DNA of 62,600 bases, counting the filler, from Hausera hauseri (lineage: Eukaryota), in assembly GCA_046269625.1 (NCBI GenBank). It is 11 parts of 11 records of this genome, joined end to end, with 100 filler letters (N's around TTAATTAATTAA, not from the genome) between each part and the next. Parts side by side here need not be neighbours in the genome. Positions count along the whole stretch, not along the records: positions 46,901 to 57,734 come from JBJURY010148866.1; positions 57,835 to 62,600 come from JBJURY010443801.1; 9 more parts are not named here. One strand, 5' to 3'. The notes beneath the pieces are model-generated. The model worked only from the letters and a program-made list of their open reading frames with translations. It had not been told where the DNA came from and did not search any database. Positions 50,601-62,600 of the stretch are shown in pieces (the first letter of the stretch is position 1; every line of letters starts with the position of its first letter). The position numbers were made by a program, and so were the translations under genes.

Positions 50601-52079
50601 AATGAAATTGTGAGGAAAATTTTGGCAGTGAAAGATAATTTGCAAGTTCCAGCAATATGAAGAGGTTGACCGGAGGCGGTGTATAAAGGTTTTGTTTTAA
50701 GTGAAGAATGCTGGACCGGAAAAGAAAGTGGCAGTATTGAGATTGCTGCACCGGTATCAATGAGAAAGTCAATCGAAGTGGAAATAACAGCTTTTAGTGT
50801 AAAAGCTGCAAAGCAAGTGTGTCGGCAAGAGGAATTAGGTATGTTGCCTTTGCCAAAATCTGCCGAGAATACTGGCGGCGAAATCAGTTTATTTGGATTG
50901 GTGAGTTAGGACGGTTACGGTTAGAGGAACTGGGACGTCTGTCAGTGGTGTAGTTATTGTAAGTTTTATAGTTACAGCCTGAAATACAATTCAGAGCATT
51001 AGATCCAAATTTTGCATGATAGATGCAAACTATGTTATATGAGTGTAGATTTGGCGAATAATATCTATACCCTAAACAGCATTTATTTGCTTTGTTATTA
51101 AATTTTTTGTAGTAATAACATAAAATGAACGCGTTAGTGACGGTGTTCGTTTTCTGGAACGAAAACGCGTTCGATGAGGGGAGGAAGCATTCCGTCGATG
51201 TAAGGAAAGATCATTCAGCTTATCATTGATGGTGTTAATTGTACGTTGTAGTGCCGCATTTTCGGCGCGTAATTGATTCAATTGGTGCTCTATAGATGTA
51301 TGTCGTTGATTGTCATCGGTCGTAATTGCGGCTGATATGATGGGTTGTGATTGTATTTGTAAGACTCCGTGTGCTTTATCGGCCAATTCAGCTAGTTTAT
51401 CTAAAGCTGTAGAATCCTTAACAACAGTAAGTAAAGCCCTAATTTGAATAGGCAAAGCATTAAGGAAATATCGGCGAAGTAGATCCGGGTTGTATTCCTT
51501 GGTGACAACCAAGGTACGTAAGTGTGCCAACGAGGTGCGTAAGAAATCACTAGGTTTTTGTGTACCCATTGCGTTTTCATGAAAGAAGCGTTGTATTATC
51601 GAGTCAAGTAATGGTTCGGTGAGTTTTAATACAGCATTGAACAATTGCGTATAAGGGTCATGGTGTTGAAAGATGTCCAGTAAGTTATGAATTGAGGCCT
51701 TTATGAAATTTGGTAGAAGGTAGAGTAGATTGTGGGCTTTGGATAACGAGTCTGTAATACCGTTGGATTGTAACCAAAGTTGATGGAAGTGGAGCCAAGT
51801 GTTACTAGAATTTTCATTGTCTGTAAAATATTCAGAGCAATGTAAGGGTGTAATTATAGGGTTTTTGTAAGGAAAGCTAGTGTCGGTTGTAGGTGGTGGA
51901 TGGTTTGATTTTGGATAGTAGAGAAGGGATTTGGGTTTTGTTGTCATCTTATCTGTGATGTCACTGGTTGGTGAAGAAATCATACCGCTGCGGATTCTAG
52001 GATGAATGTGGACACAGAGGTAATATTGTGAGGACATAATGTGTGGAAAATCAGTTAAAATGAAACCATTGTGAGTCAA
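47643..52079 (-). mobile_element. Ty3/Gypsy element copy A: gag, protease, RT, RNase H, integrase; decayed, 3'-truncated
   Basis: gag KPSDFL..FLNALP..LAELADK and CIYHAKFG..A..C..GC; FLIDTGA; MPFGLRNAAQ, YTDD; TDAS; NLVADFLSR; HIDIV..DRSSQWPEA; SNGLFECFH. Confidence 0.93.
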
Positions 52080-52171
52080 ATAGAAGTCATTGAAGGCGGT
52101 GGCTTTATGAATGAGGTCATATAATTGTAATGCGCCAATACGTTGTGTAATGTGTGGTATGTGTTAATTTA

Positions 52172-55100
52172 TTATTTATAAAGGGGTGGATGAAAAATGA
52201 CGTTGGTAAACAAACTGGTTAGTGTGGCATCTGCACACGTTTTATCAGGTGGATTCTGAGTAAGTGATAACTTTGTGTCTTTGAATGGAATAACAGTCGA
52301 TTTCTTTTTAACAAGGAAGAATTCACTACTGTACAGTGACTCGCGTAATATATTCCAGGAATTTGTACCTGGTTTGTAGATCGGTGGGAAATATGCACCT
52401 ATGGAATTAAATACTTTTGTCAATGTCTGCAAATGGTATCTGTTTCCAAAATAGGTTGGAGGGAATAATGGGAAAAAAGCTAAAAGAAGTGCACAGGATT
52501 TTTGCGAATTACATAAAGATAGTTTTCCGCCGTCTATTAATAAAAGCCCAGTGGACATAGAATACATAGAGACATGTCATAGAGACATCGTAATAAAGCG
52601 TATCTTTAGCTCAAATTATTGATCGAAGGCTTCGAGATATAAGTAACGGCGTTAAATTACCAGTGTCGGATGCAATCATGTATGCCAATAGATAAAAAGT
52701 GGATAAAGCCCAATCATAAAAGTATTGGCCAATATTCTCCAATAATTCACAATCGTTTTTGATGGATAATAATTTCTCAATGTGCGAAAGAATAGTAGCA
52801 AGACCATCCTGATTATCCGTGCCAGCATATCGCATGGCCATTACATAACGTGACCCCATTAGAAACGGAAGGTAACTCTCATTGGCCGTCAGAATATACT
52901 TTTTAGCAAAATCCGTCGGTCGAACCTGTCGAAAGGAGTCCAGATGCCCTTCAGACAGTTCGGGAAAGTTGTCTTTAGACGTGTATTCCAATCTTTCCTC
53001 AAGTTTCAAGAGAGAAAGATGTAAGCGTATATAACATAAAACGCTTGTAATTAGTAGGGCAAATTGTACAATATCGTTATGAAAACCTGTCTTAAAGAAC
53101 CCCTTGAAACTGATTTTAACGGTAAATGCATAGCGTTGGATTCCGTTCATTTCAAAATTTTCAAGCAATTTAGCAAGAGTTTTGAGTTCGAAGTATCGTC
53201 ATTGGTAACAACGGATCGATTCAAAATGAGGTATTGGAGTTTGAGAAGATTTCTCTTATTTCGCATATTTCGAATTTTTAAACGACGTTCCGTAAAAGAG
53301 GCTCTCTTAGTGTCGTAAACCAGTCGAACGCTTATGTTTCCATAAGGCGTTTCTTTAGTAGACCAATATTCTTCGCACTTACAACGACCTCATTCATAGA
53401 AATTCGATATCATCACGATGATTTCACAATTCTGCTCCAACAAATTTGCCAGAAATCCGGAATCGTATCTTTCAACGGTCCCTGAGTGGCAGTGTATGAA
53501 TTTGTACGGTTATAACCGTCAATGAAAGTGACATTTATATAATCGGGCTTCCCGCAGAAGGAATTTTGCAAAATAACTCTACTATGATCATAAGGGAAAA
53601 TATTTGTGTAGCGATTTTTCAATTGATTTTCCTTTAGTTTTGCATGTGTACTTAACCTTTTGTTGGGATCAGAATTTTCGACAGCCTCAAATTCTACTTG
53701 AAATCCCGCTCCTTCGTCAACACGACAACTAAGAATATGTTCAACAAGATTCGAAACGTGAATTGGTGGATGAGGCATCTTTTCCAATGGCAATATTTTT
53801 GGCATTGACAGTTTTCTCGTTACAATTTCTGGGTAATCTGGTGTTGGTCTGTAAATTGTTGCTGTTGACAGACTAAATGGTTTTGAAGAGTTTTTGTAAA
53901 ACAAGAAAAATATTAATGGTACCAAAATAATTATCAGAGTTAAGCTAATCACCAATTCAATGATCAGAATTGGATGGAATGGCATTGGCGGATCATAGTA
54001 TGTAAAATTAAGCAAAAGTTTCGAAGAAGACGATTCCCACCGCGGACAATTTGGAGAATTATTACATAAATCACTGGGGACAGATAGTGTAATCCATACT
54101 TAAACCTACGGAACGTTCCAGTTGTTTTTACTTAATTCCACCCAATGAAATTTAGCATCAAATCGCAAGTGACACTGACAATTTTTAAATACGGCAAAGT
54201 AAATTGAGCAATCCTCGTTGACAACACATGTGACATGTGTACCCAGCAGTATTATTGTCGACAAATGGATTTTCCCAAGTCAATCGAACTGATTCTCCGT
54301 TGATGTAGTTATTGACAATTTTCGGTGCTCTCGGTTCTTCTCTGTCTGTTCTGACTGTAGTTGGAATAGGTGTACTCTTACCAATTGAATTTATCGATGC
54401 CAAATTAACGATGTAAGAAGTGCGAGCAATTATATTTTTGGTGGGATATCGACGTTCAAGTGCACGAACATGATATATCGTCGGCTGGGAAGTAGAGTTA
54501 ACTTCACTGACTTTCAAAACGTATCTTGTAGTAGGACCAAAGTCATCCGATGCCGATGTCCACGAAACTTCAAACGTTGATGCTGTAATTTTATCTGCAT
54601 GAATATACGTTGGAGCATTCAGATTATCCTGTGCAGTAGTACAGGATTACGAATCTTTGGGCCCTTCTTTGATCCCGTTAGACACCGATATATTGAATGT
54701 GTATTGTCGGTACGTTGCTAATTTTGAAATGGTTTTGTTAAAAGAAGCAACATTGGTTTTCTCAGTGGTAATGACAGGTTGGAATCTATCACTGTAACGA
54801 ATAACGTATTATTTCAGAATTCCTTGATTTTTTCCAATTTCCACAATTTGCGCATTGAATCAGCAACGCAGCACTTCTTTGTCCATAAACGCCCTTTGCC
54901 ACAAATCGACGAGCAGTCGGTGCATCACCTTCGGTTTCTGCTTCGGTATAAGCACGCTTATTTTAACCCACTTTATTACCAGCGATAATTGATGCACGAT
55001 ACGGTGTAAAAGAATCTAGTGCCTTGAATTCGTAAGAAAAAACGGGATAATCGAGTTTTACTTTCGTGTAATTACTTATCATACTTCTGACGCATAATGT

Positions 55101-55691
55101 CAAATTGAAAAATTTTACCATGTTTGATTCAACAACAGGAATTTCGCATGAAAATTTTAATGACAATTGAGATATATTGGATACGTTAAATAATTGGAAT
55201 TCTTTTCTGCAGCATAACCTCATCTTCCACACAAATTCCCGTTCATGACATGACAATGGCAATACAGCATCAATAAATGTGCCACAGTAAAATACAGTTA
55301 CATCTTGGAAAATAAATTTTAGTACATAAAATTTTAAATTATTAGTTAGATTGTGATATAAACAACCGCGGGGTGCCCCAAAAACAACAACCGGACTTAT
55401 GAGTATAATTCTGGATTCGCGAGTCCGACGGATCCATCCATTTAGTACGACAAAATCTGTGCCGGAAGTTTTCTGACACCAATTGTAGTACGTTGGTAGC
55501 ACATTTGTGTGGGCCGTTGGACCTTGTAAATAAATAATAACGTCAGAAGACACAAAATGGATAACCAAATTTTGTTGGTGCATAGAAATGTTACTTGCTA
55601 GATTACTTTGCACCAACAACATATCATCCTTTTTCAGTACTTTTGGTATTTTGTAACGCATCATAACTAATAATATATGTTTTTCTTCCAC
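52172..55691 (-). pseudogene. Receptor-type protein tyrosine phosphatase (FN3 repeats - TM - PTP), degenerate
   Basis: About 4 FN3 repeats (LDSFTPYRASIIAGN; LATYRQYTFNISVSN; FEVSW; VRLTW); TM; KNRYTNIFPYDHSRV, DYIN, ATQGP..TIPDFWQ, IVM, KCEEYW; no HCxxGxGR seen; probable ~60-nt intron at 55304-55363. Confidence 0.8.
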
Positions 55692-55978
55692 GGTTTCAGT
55701 TCAATTATCAAAATCAAAATTCATGTTAGGCTTATTAATATTTATTCGGATCATTCAAATTGTGCATCAAAAAATTTAATCTGAGATATCGTTCTTTTAA
55801 AACAAATTCGTTGGCGTTGTAAAATTGTAATATCAAATGAATCCGGTTGTTATCTAGGAACCCCCCAGCAGTTGTTCTATAATTAATTTACATGTTACTA
55901 AACAGCATTATTAAGTATAAGCGAAAATTACATAAGTCTATACACATGTATAAGGTAAGAAATCTTTGTGACCAAAAG

Positions 55979-56126
55979 TGAATTCCTAACACAGAATAAC
56001 GACGTAAAAAATGTTACAAACTACACAAAAACAAACAATTTATAACACTTTATCTCATAAAATTATCTACATGAACTGTACAATGCAAAACACACATAAA
56101 AGGTGATAGGCACTACAATACCCCCC
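55979..56126 (-). repeat. Polypurine tract and probable short LTR of Gypsy copy B
   Basis: GGGGGG-TAT followed by TGTAGTG at 56117; candidate CA end at 55979. Confidence 0.5.
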
Positions 56127-56129
56127 GTA

Positions 56130-57734
56130 GCTGAGTTAAAAACTTTAAAGAAAAGATTGAAAGAAAATCCCGAGGACAAAAAAATAAATTGCCTAATAAG
56201 TTTTGTGCGTACAAGACGTTGTACTCCTTCGTTGTTTAGTTGTCTGCTATAGGTACTGAAAGTAACGGATTTGTGACGTACCTTCGCCGTGGTGTCTGAC
56301 CGCTGGTAGTGTTTGGCAAAAGAGACATTAGCTTTAGTATGATTTGGTGTTGTGTCAGGGGAAGGCACTACAAAAGGTAAAGAAGTGATTGCAGGTAAGG
56401 TATTCCAGTTTTCTGCGACAGTTTTTAAAGGCGATAAGTTGAAAGATGAAGTAAAAATAGGCGAAGGTATAGAAATAGGGTGTGGAGCAGAAATAGTAAT
56501 AAAAGTAGGAGTAGATGGAAATGCCGGGATAGAGGCAGGAATGAAATTGGTAGGTGACACTGTAGACACAGAAACGGGAGAAGCGGAATGATGTGTGGTA
56601 GACTGGAGAATTGAAGTCGGGGCATAGGTGGTTACAGGAGTGAGGAATGAGGTTGATGCTTCGGTTGGTGATGTATCGTCAACGTAAAACGCGGGTTTTA
56701 AATTAGTATTATTCACTACAACGTCTTTTCCGTCTTTTAGGATAACAGCGTTGTGCGAATGCAGCTGCACCGATTTATATGGTCCTAAGTACTGTGGCTG
56801 GAAATCGCACTGTGTTTGGTTTTCTAACCATACAAACTTTGCCGAGTATAAGTCTTCGGCTATGTAAGATTTGTCATTGTGTAAGAGCCTGCAAAACGAA
56901 TATTTGCGGATTGTAACAAAATGATCCTGTGCTGCTCGTATCCTCTCGTCTGTAGGAATATCCTCTAGAGCGGTTAGATGAAACAGTAACAGTACAGGGT
57001 TTCTGAATAAAGCTTCTGTTGGTGAACATCCTGTGGAAGTGGACGGAGTGTTCCGCCAGCCAAGCAGGACAAACGGTAGAAGTGTAGTCCAATTGGTGTT
57101 AGGCTGTGTAAGGATTCGAAGTGATGTTTCCAAGGTTCAGTGAAAACGTTCAAAAAGGCCATTAGATTGGGGATGATTGGAGATTTGAACAGATTTGATT
57201 CAAATTGAGGACCTTGATCCGAGATTATATAACGAGGGGATCCGAACCTACTAATCCACGTATGGATGAAACTATCGGCTATTGTGTCAGTGTTTGTACT
57301 ACGTAGTGGAATGGCTTCCGGCCATCGTGAGGAACGGTCCATCATGGTGAGAATAAATTGGTGGTCCTTGTCTATCGGAAGAGGACCACCGATATCAATA
57401 TATACTGTTTCAAAACATGAAGTACAGGGGAAGTGGTTTAATGGTGGTTTTAAATGTTTTATGGTTTTATATTTCTGACAATCCACGCACTCTTTAACCC
57501 ATGCTTACATATCGGAGCGCATCGACGGCCAAACTACTTGACGTTAAAGTAAACGAAAAGTTTCTTGGCACCAGGATGATGTAACGAATGTACACTATCA
57601 AATGCTTGTTTGTGTAAAGACGGGGCAAGAATTATTTTAGAATGTCCTGGTTTGAAAGTATCTAAGGACATGCCGTCAACGATGTAGTGCGACTTGAACG
57701 ATTTGATAATATCTTGAGATGACTGATTTTCTTG
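56130..57734 (-). mobile_element. Ty3/Gypsy element copy B: integrase with Pro/Ser/Thr-rich tail
   Basis: Closely similar to 47643-48750 (DRSSRWPEAIPL, SDQGPQFES, QYLGPYK). Confidence 0.93.
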
Positions 57735-57834
57735 NNNNNNNNNNNNNNNNNNNNNNNNNNNNNNNNNNNNNNNNNNNNTTAATTAATTAANNNNNNNNNN
57801 NNNNNNNNNNNNNNNNNNNNNNNNNNNNNNNNNN
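57735..57834. other. Artificial contig linker
   Basis: 44 N + TTAATTAATTAA + 44 N. Confidence 0.97.
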
Positions 57835-58894
57835 ATTTTATGTTTATGCAATTTCGTCTTATGTGTCCTTGCTGACCACACCCATAGCATATAATGGGTT
57901 TCCTTTCCGGATAATTCTTATTAATGTGTCCTACTTTCCAGCAACCAAAACATCTTGGTGCTTATTGGTAGTTGCATGTCCTGCTTGTATGTCCGTCTTT
58001 CTGACACGATGAGCACTTCATAATACTCTGCCTGTGTATTGTGCAGTTTGAAATGCCTTCTTTTATGTCTTAGTTTGTCAAATTTGTGCACTACCACATC
58101 CCTATAACTCCGTCGACTATCTTTAGTATATTCTCTGACTGTATTTATTTCCTCCGTCTTTGTTGCCACTTCTGGACTTTCTGTATTTTCTGTTTGATTT
58201 GTTCGACACTTTTTTCGTCACTGTGATAGATTTCTTTTCTCATATCTGCATTGTTACAACAGTGGATCATTCGTTCCTCTGTTAGAGCTTCCGCTATTAT
58301 TTTGTGGCTAAGGATGCCCTTCAGCAAATGTTCGATTTTGTTGAAATAGGCGTCCGATTCTGCCCCATCCATTCTGTAGTCCAGTGCTTCCCGCAGATCT
58401 CCGCACAGCGTTGCGGGATTTGCAAAGGCTTTTCTCAACCGATTTTGGTAACCTTTCACCTTCTGTCTCACCAAATGGTATTTTTTCTGTGCTTTGTCTG
58501 CCAACAGGCACAAGACCGCGGTTTTCCGATTCGACTCCGACATTTTTATGAAGCCGAAGTATTTCTCGAATTTTTCAATAAAGGTTTCCACGTTGTCACC
58601 TTTTTGGAATTCTTTTGGCATTAATTTCTTATCGAAGAAGTCTCTTGAAGTGTGGTTTGCCATGTTATTAGATCGCGTATCTACCATTCCGACCTCAACG
58701 TCATTCGATGATTGTAGGATTGAATTATGCATTAGAAATTTATTATAAAAGTTGGTACAACAATTATTTCATTCACTCATTAAATGAGTCTTATTTTCAT
58801 CCTTTTTTGAATTTCTCGACTTTATATTGGCTATTTATTGGATTGACTTTGAATTGAATTTAAACGTTAATATTCGTTTAAATTCTTCCTCACA
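57835..58894 (-). mobile_element. 5' LTR (~58713-58894) and gag of an LTR retrotransposon
   Basis: TGTGAGG...TCCTACA; gag MVDTRS..F.KGDNVETFIEKFEKYF; zinc knuckle CYGCGQQGHIRRNC. Confidence 0.8.
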
Positions 58895-59295
58895 AAGCAA
58901 AATGTGCATTTAAAGCCCAGTGAAGCGGAGATCAAAAAATCTAAGATCGGGACTGGATAGGAAGTCATGTATGTTGAATTGGAATATGATGTTAGATATT
59001 CGAATTCTTGCTTCCAAGTCGAATATTTAGCTATTCGAACTCGAATAATCGTTCAAGCGTGCATTTTTCGAAGAATCTGATGACACCATTCGAATCCGCA
59101 TGATCGAAAACCTTAAATTTGGCGCCGTCTTGTATTTAATTTAATTGATGCATTAAAAGAAAAAGCGAATTAAAACCGATCAATAAGCCAGGCAGTACAT
59201 GGTTATATGGCAATATATTTCATTATTTCCAAAATCACATCAACGAATGGTCAGTTTTTTAATTGTGCGCTTTGAAATAATTGGTTGATTTTTAG

Positions 59296-62200
59296 ATGTG
59301 CAATCTTTACAGCCAATGTTTGGCTCAAATCCACGAGCCTGATAATTGCCACAGTATTATGAAGAAGTACTTTGGCCATCTATACAACAGGGTTCAGTAT
59401 TATATATGCCCTACATGTGAGGTAGTGTGCCAAACCAAATATGAAGACTTCTACAATGTCCATAAACAACACTTGGTTTCCTTCACCAAGTCAAAAAAAC
59501 AAATATTCAGTGCAAATATGCCAATATGGACTTTCATGCCAAAGGAAAATCAAAGATGCAGTTCATATGTGTATTGCACGTGTGTAATACACAACCCTCA
59601 GAATTGTCACAATGCCATTAGGAGCTACTATGGACACATATTCAATAGGACCATCTATTATATCTGCCCAGGATATAAGGCTGTATGTGATAGAGAATAC
59701 ATACAGTTTTATGATGATCACAAATATCATTTGACTGACTTCACATAAAAGTTAAAGAATGTCATATTTAATGAGCAGCATCCTGGTTTGGCAGCACAGC
59801 CTGCTTTGGTAACACAGCCTGCTTTGGCAGCACAGTTTGCTTTAGCAGCACAGCCAGTTGTTCAGCATGCTTTGGCAGCACAGCCAGTTGTACAGCCTGC
59901 TTTGGCTGCAAGGCCCAATGCAGGACTAAAACGCATATCAGAAGTAGCAGCAGATGCTCCACCAAAAAGCCAAAGACAGCGGCCAGTTGATACGGCTGCA
60001 CTGAAGAGAAAAGTGCGGCGATAATTCATAGCAGCAGTGGGGCAGACATCGCTACATAAATTCCTGGAATATTGAAAGGAGGAGGCAGCAAGAATTCTCC
60101 AGGACAACGTGTTGGAGTTGAAGGCCCTTAAGGTGAACTTCAAATTAAGGGCCACCTTCACCAATGTCAGAAGAGAGCCGTCTAGTAGAGCCTTTAAGAC
60201 ATGGAACAGGCCACTATTGAAATCCTTTATCATTAAGGATTTTATTACAGAGGACTATGCAAGGCTCATCCACGAAGCCGAAAAAAACCAGGATAAGAAG
60301 AGCGGTTGGACGTTAGCAACAATAAAGGGGTTACTTGTGCATGTGCACAAGTATTTTCCCATGGGAGGCAGCTCCTACATACCGCTTCCTAAATGGATAG
60401 TTAAGAAAAAGGCATGCATCAATGTCTATAATGAGTACAACATGTGCTTCATATATTCTATTTTGTCAAAAATAGTCCAGGATCAACACTATGCTTCCCG
60501 AGTTTGGATATATGACAATGTGCAGCACACATACGACGTCAGCTGTATTTCATTTCCGCCGAGCTTAGATGAAGTCGTGAAATTTAAAAGCATGAACAAC
60601 ATTTCCATCAACATCGTCGGATTGGAGGAGGACAAATTTTATCCCTTACATGCGTACAAGGAGGAATTGAAGGATCATAGGGATGTGCTCCTGCTATATG
60701 ATGGAGAAACAAGGCATTTCATCTGGATCAAGAATTTTGAGCGCCTCGTAGGATCCCAAATATCTAAGCATAAGTCAAGGCGGGAAATATGCAAAAGATG
60801 CTTTACCCATTTTAATGGAGACAGACGCAGAAAAGCTGGAGGAGCACAAGACCTACTGTAATACAAACAATTGCATCCGAGCAGAATTCCCCAAGGAGGA
60901 TTACCTGGAATTCAAAGAGTTCGAGAAGATGCAGAAGGTGCCGATTGTTATATATTGTGACTGAGTCCATCCTCAGTCCAGTTCACAGCTGCAGCCCCAA
61001 TCCACAGCAAAGCAGTACTACAGCATACCAGTACCATGAGTTATCATCATACTGCATGTATGCCAAAGGACTGGACAAAGAACCCTACTTATACAAGGGT
61101 GTAAATGCAGCAGCACATTTTATGGAATAGTATGCGCACAAACTTGAAGACATGTTGCAGCAGCATAAGGGATATATGGTAATGTCGCAGAAAGAAAAAT
61201 GTTAATGGCGCAGAGCATCAATATGCTACTTATGCAGAAAGTCATTTACATGCGACTATCACAAAGTTAGGAATCATTATCATTTTACAGGCATATACCA
61301 AGGCGCATCGTGCAACAATTGCAACATACGCTGCAAAACATGTACATATGTTCCCGTGGTATTCCACAATCTTAGTGGATACGATTTCCACTTCATTGTT
61401 CAAGAATCGGGTAATACTGAGGGGAACACTGATGTGATTCCCAATAGTGAGGAGAAGTATATTGCCTTCACAATCATGTGGGCCGCATCAAACTTTGCTT
61501 CGTTGATATCTTCAGATTCATGAGCTCTTCACTGGACAGATTCATGAAGAACCTTCTAGCCGATGAGCTCAAGGAGACGAAGTGGTTCTTCCAGGACACA
61601 TTTGACCTAGTGAAGCGGAAAGGAGTGTTCCCCTATGACTATATAACGTCATGGGAAGCACTGGATGAAGATGCATTACCGGCCAATGAGGACTTCTACA
61701 GTCAGTTGTCATACAGTCATATTAGAGATGCTGACCATGAGCACTCCCAAAGAGTATGACAGGCCTTCTAGTGCAGGACAATAGGAGAATACAGCAATAT
61801 CTATTTCTTTACAGATGTGCTGTTGCTTACTTATGTCTTCGAAAGCTTCCGGGATGTGACACTTAAGAGCCACAAGTTAGATCAAGCCCATTTCTTTACA
61901 GCTCCAGGAATGAGTTGGGCAGCTATGCTGCGCTATACCGGCATAAAGCTCCAGGTCTTGAATGATTACAATACGGTCCTTATGATTGAGAGGGGCATCA
62001 GGGGCGGAATCTGTCAGGACATTCACAGGTACAGTGAGACCAACAACAAATACATGGCAGATTATGATCCATCCAAGGAATCCTCATATATATTATACCT
62101 GGATACCGACAATCTGCATGGATGGGCAATGAGCAACCCTTTGCCCTATGATAACTTTCAATATGTGGAACCGCCGCAAGTCCTGGATATTGAATATACG

Positions 62201-62430
62201 GATCCCAATGGAAATACGGGCTACATACTGGAGGTGGATGTGGAATACCCATATAGCATCCACAAAAGACACGAACAGCTGCCTTTTCGCCCGGAGAGCA
62301 AGCGGCCGCCATATGGTAATCATAAGAAGCTGCTCTGTCACCTCGAAAACAGGCAGGTATGTAGCCCATTACATAAATCTCCAACAAGCCATAAAAATGG
62401 ACTCCGAGTCATCAGAATTCATTGGGCCTG
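59296..62430 (+). pseudogene. Maverick/Polinton pPolB with a complete N-terminal tandem Cys/His repeat; decayed, truncated after motif A
   Basis: Two 86-aa Cys/His repeats; GSSYIPLPKWI; HNLSGYD; KGVFPYDY; YLDTDNLHGWAM. Confidence 0.95.
59776..59910 (+). repeat. Coding minisatellite (~18-bp GCACAGCCTGCTTTGGCA, encoding AQPALA) in the PolB N-terminal linker
   Basis: LAAQPALVTQPALAAQFALAAQPVVQHALAAQPVVQPALAA. Confidence 0.8.
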
Positions 62431-62600
62431 TGGTACGTCGTATAGTCCATTAATTTATTTAATGTAGAAGCTGCAGTAAAGAATTCCGGTTGCAATAATA
62501 ATAATGATTAGGCATTAACCATATAAGTAGATCGCGTCTCTACCATCCCGACTTCTACATCACTTGATGATTGAAAAGTTGAATTATCCATAAGATATTT

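Noticed and set aside
60022-60024. Programmed readthrough stop between the N-terminal module and PolB (similar stop near 27470)
   Set aside because: The two stops are offset by one codon, and the copy at ~41620 has none.
1-62600. One giant composite virus or island combining Maverick, Gypsy and host genes
   Set aside because: The modules sit on separate contigs joined artificially.

Overview
Eukaryotic DNA, probably from an invertebrate with a compact genome (host introns of 43-60 nt). The window is not one locus: it is 11 contigs joined by identical artificial 100-bp linkers (44 N + TTAATTAATTAA + 44 N), so adjacency across a linker carries no information. Most of it is decayed mobile or viral DNA. 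(i) Maverick/Polinton (adintovirus-like) modules: four protein-primed PolB copies, three of which show an unfamiliar tandem Cys/His N-terminal repeat; also a packaging ATPase, chromo-integrase, protease tail, pX-like protein, DEDD-like nuclease, dUTPase, a RING cassette and a TBP-like gene. (ii) Several Ty3/Gypsy elements. In one family the tail of a chuvirus-like glycoprotein lies UPSTREAM of PR-RT-RH-IN, and a signal peptide/FN3/transmembrane protein is fused in frame downstream of integrase. A sister contig carries the full glycoprotein preceded by a ubiquitin-like domain. (iii) Tigger/pogo, DD37E Tc1-like and RTE LINE relics. (iv) Host-type genes: a Cdt1 with an apparently duplicated middle domain, and a degenerate FN3 receptor tyrosine phosphatase between two copies of one Gypsy element. 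All assignments come from manual motif reading; no database searches were run.
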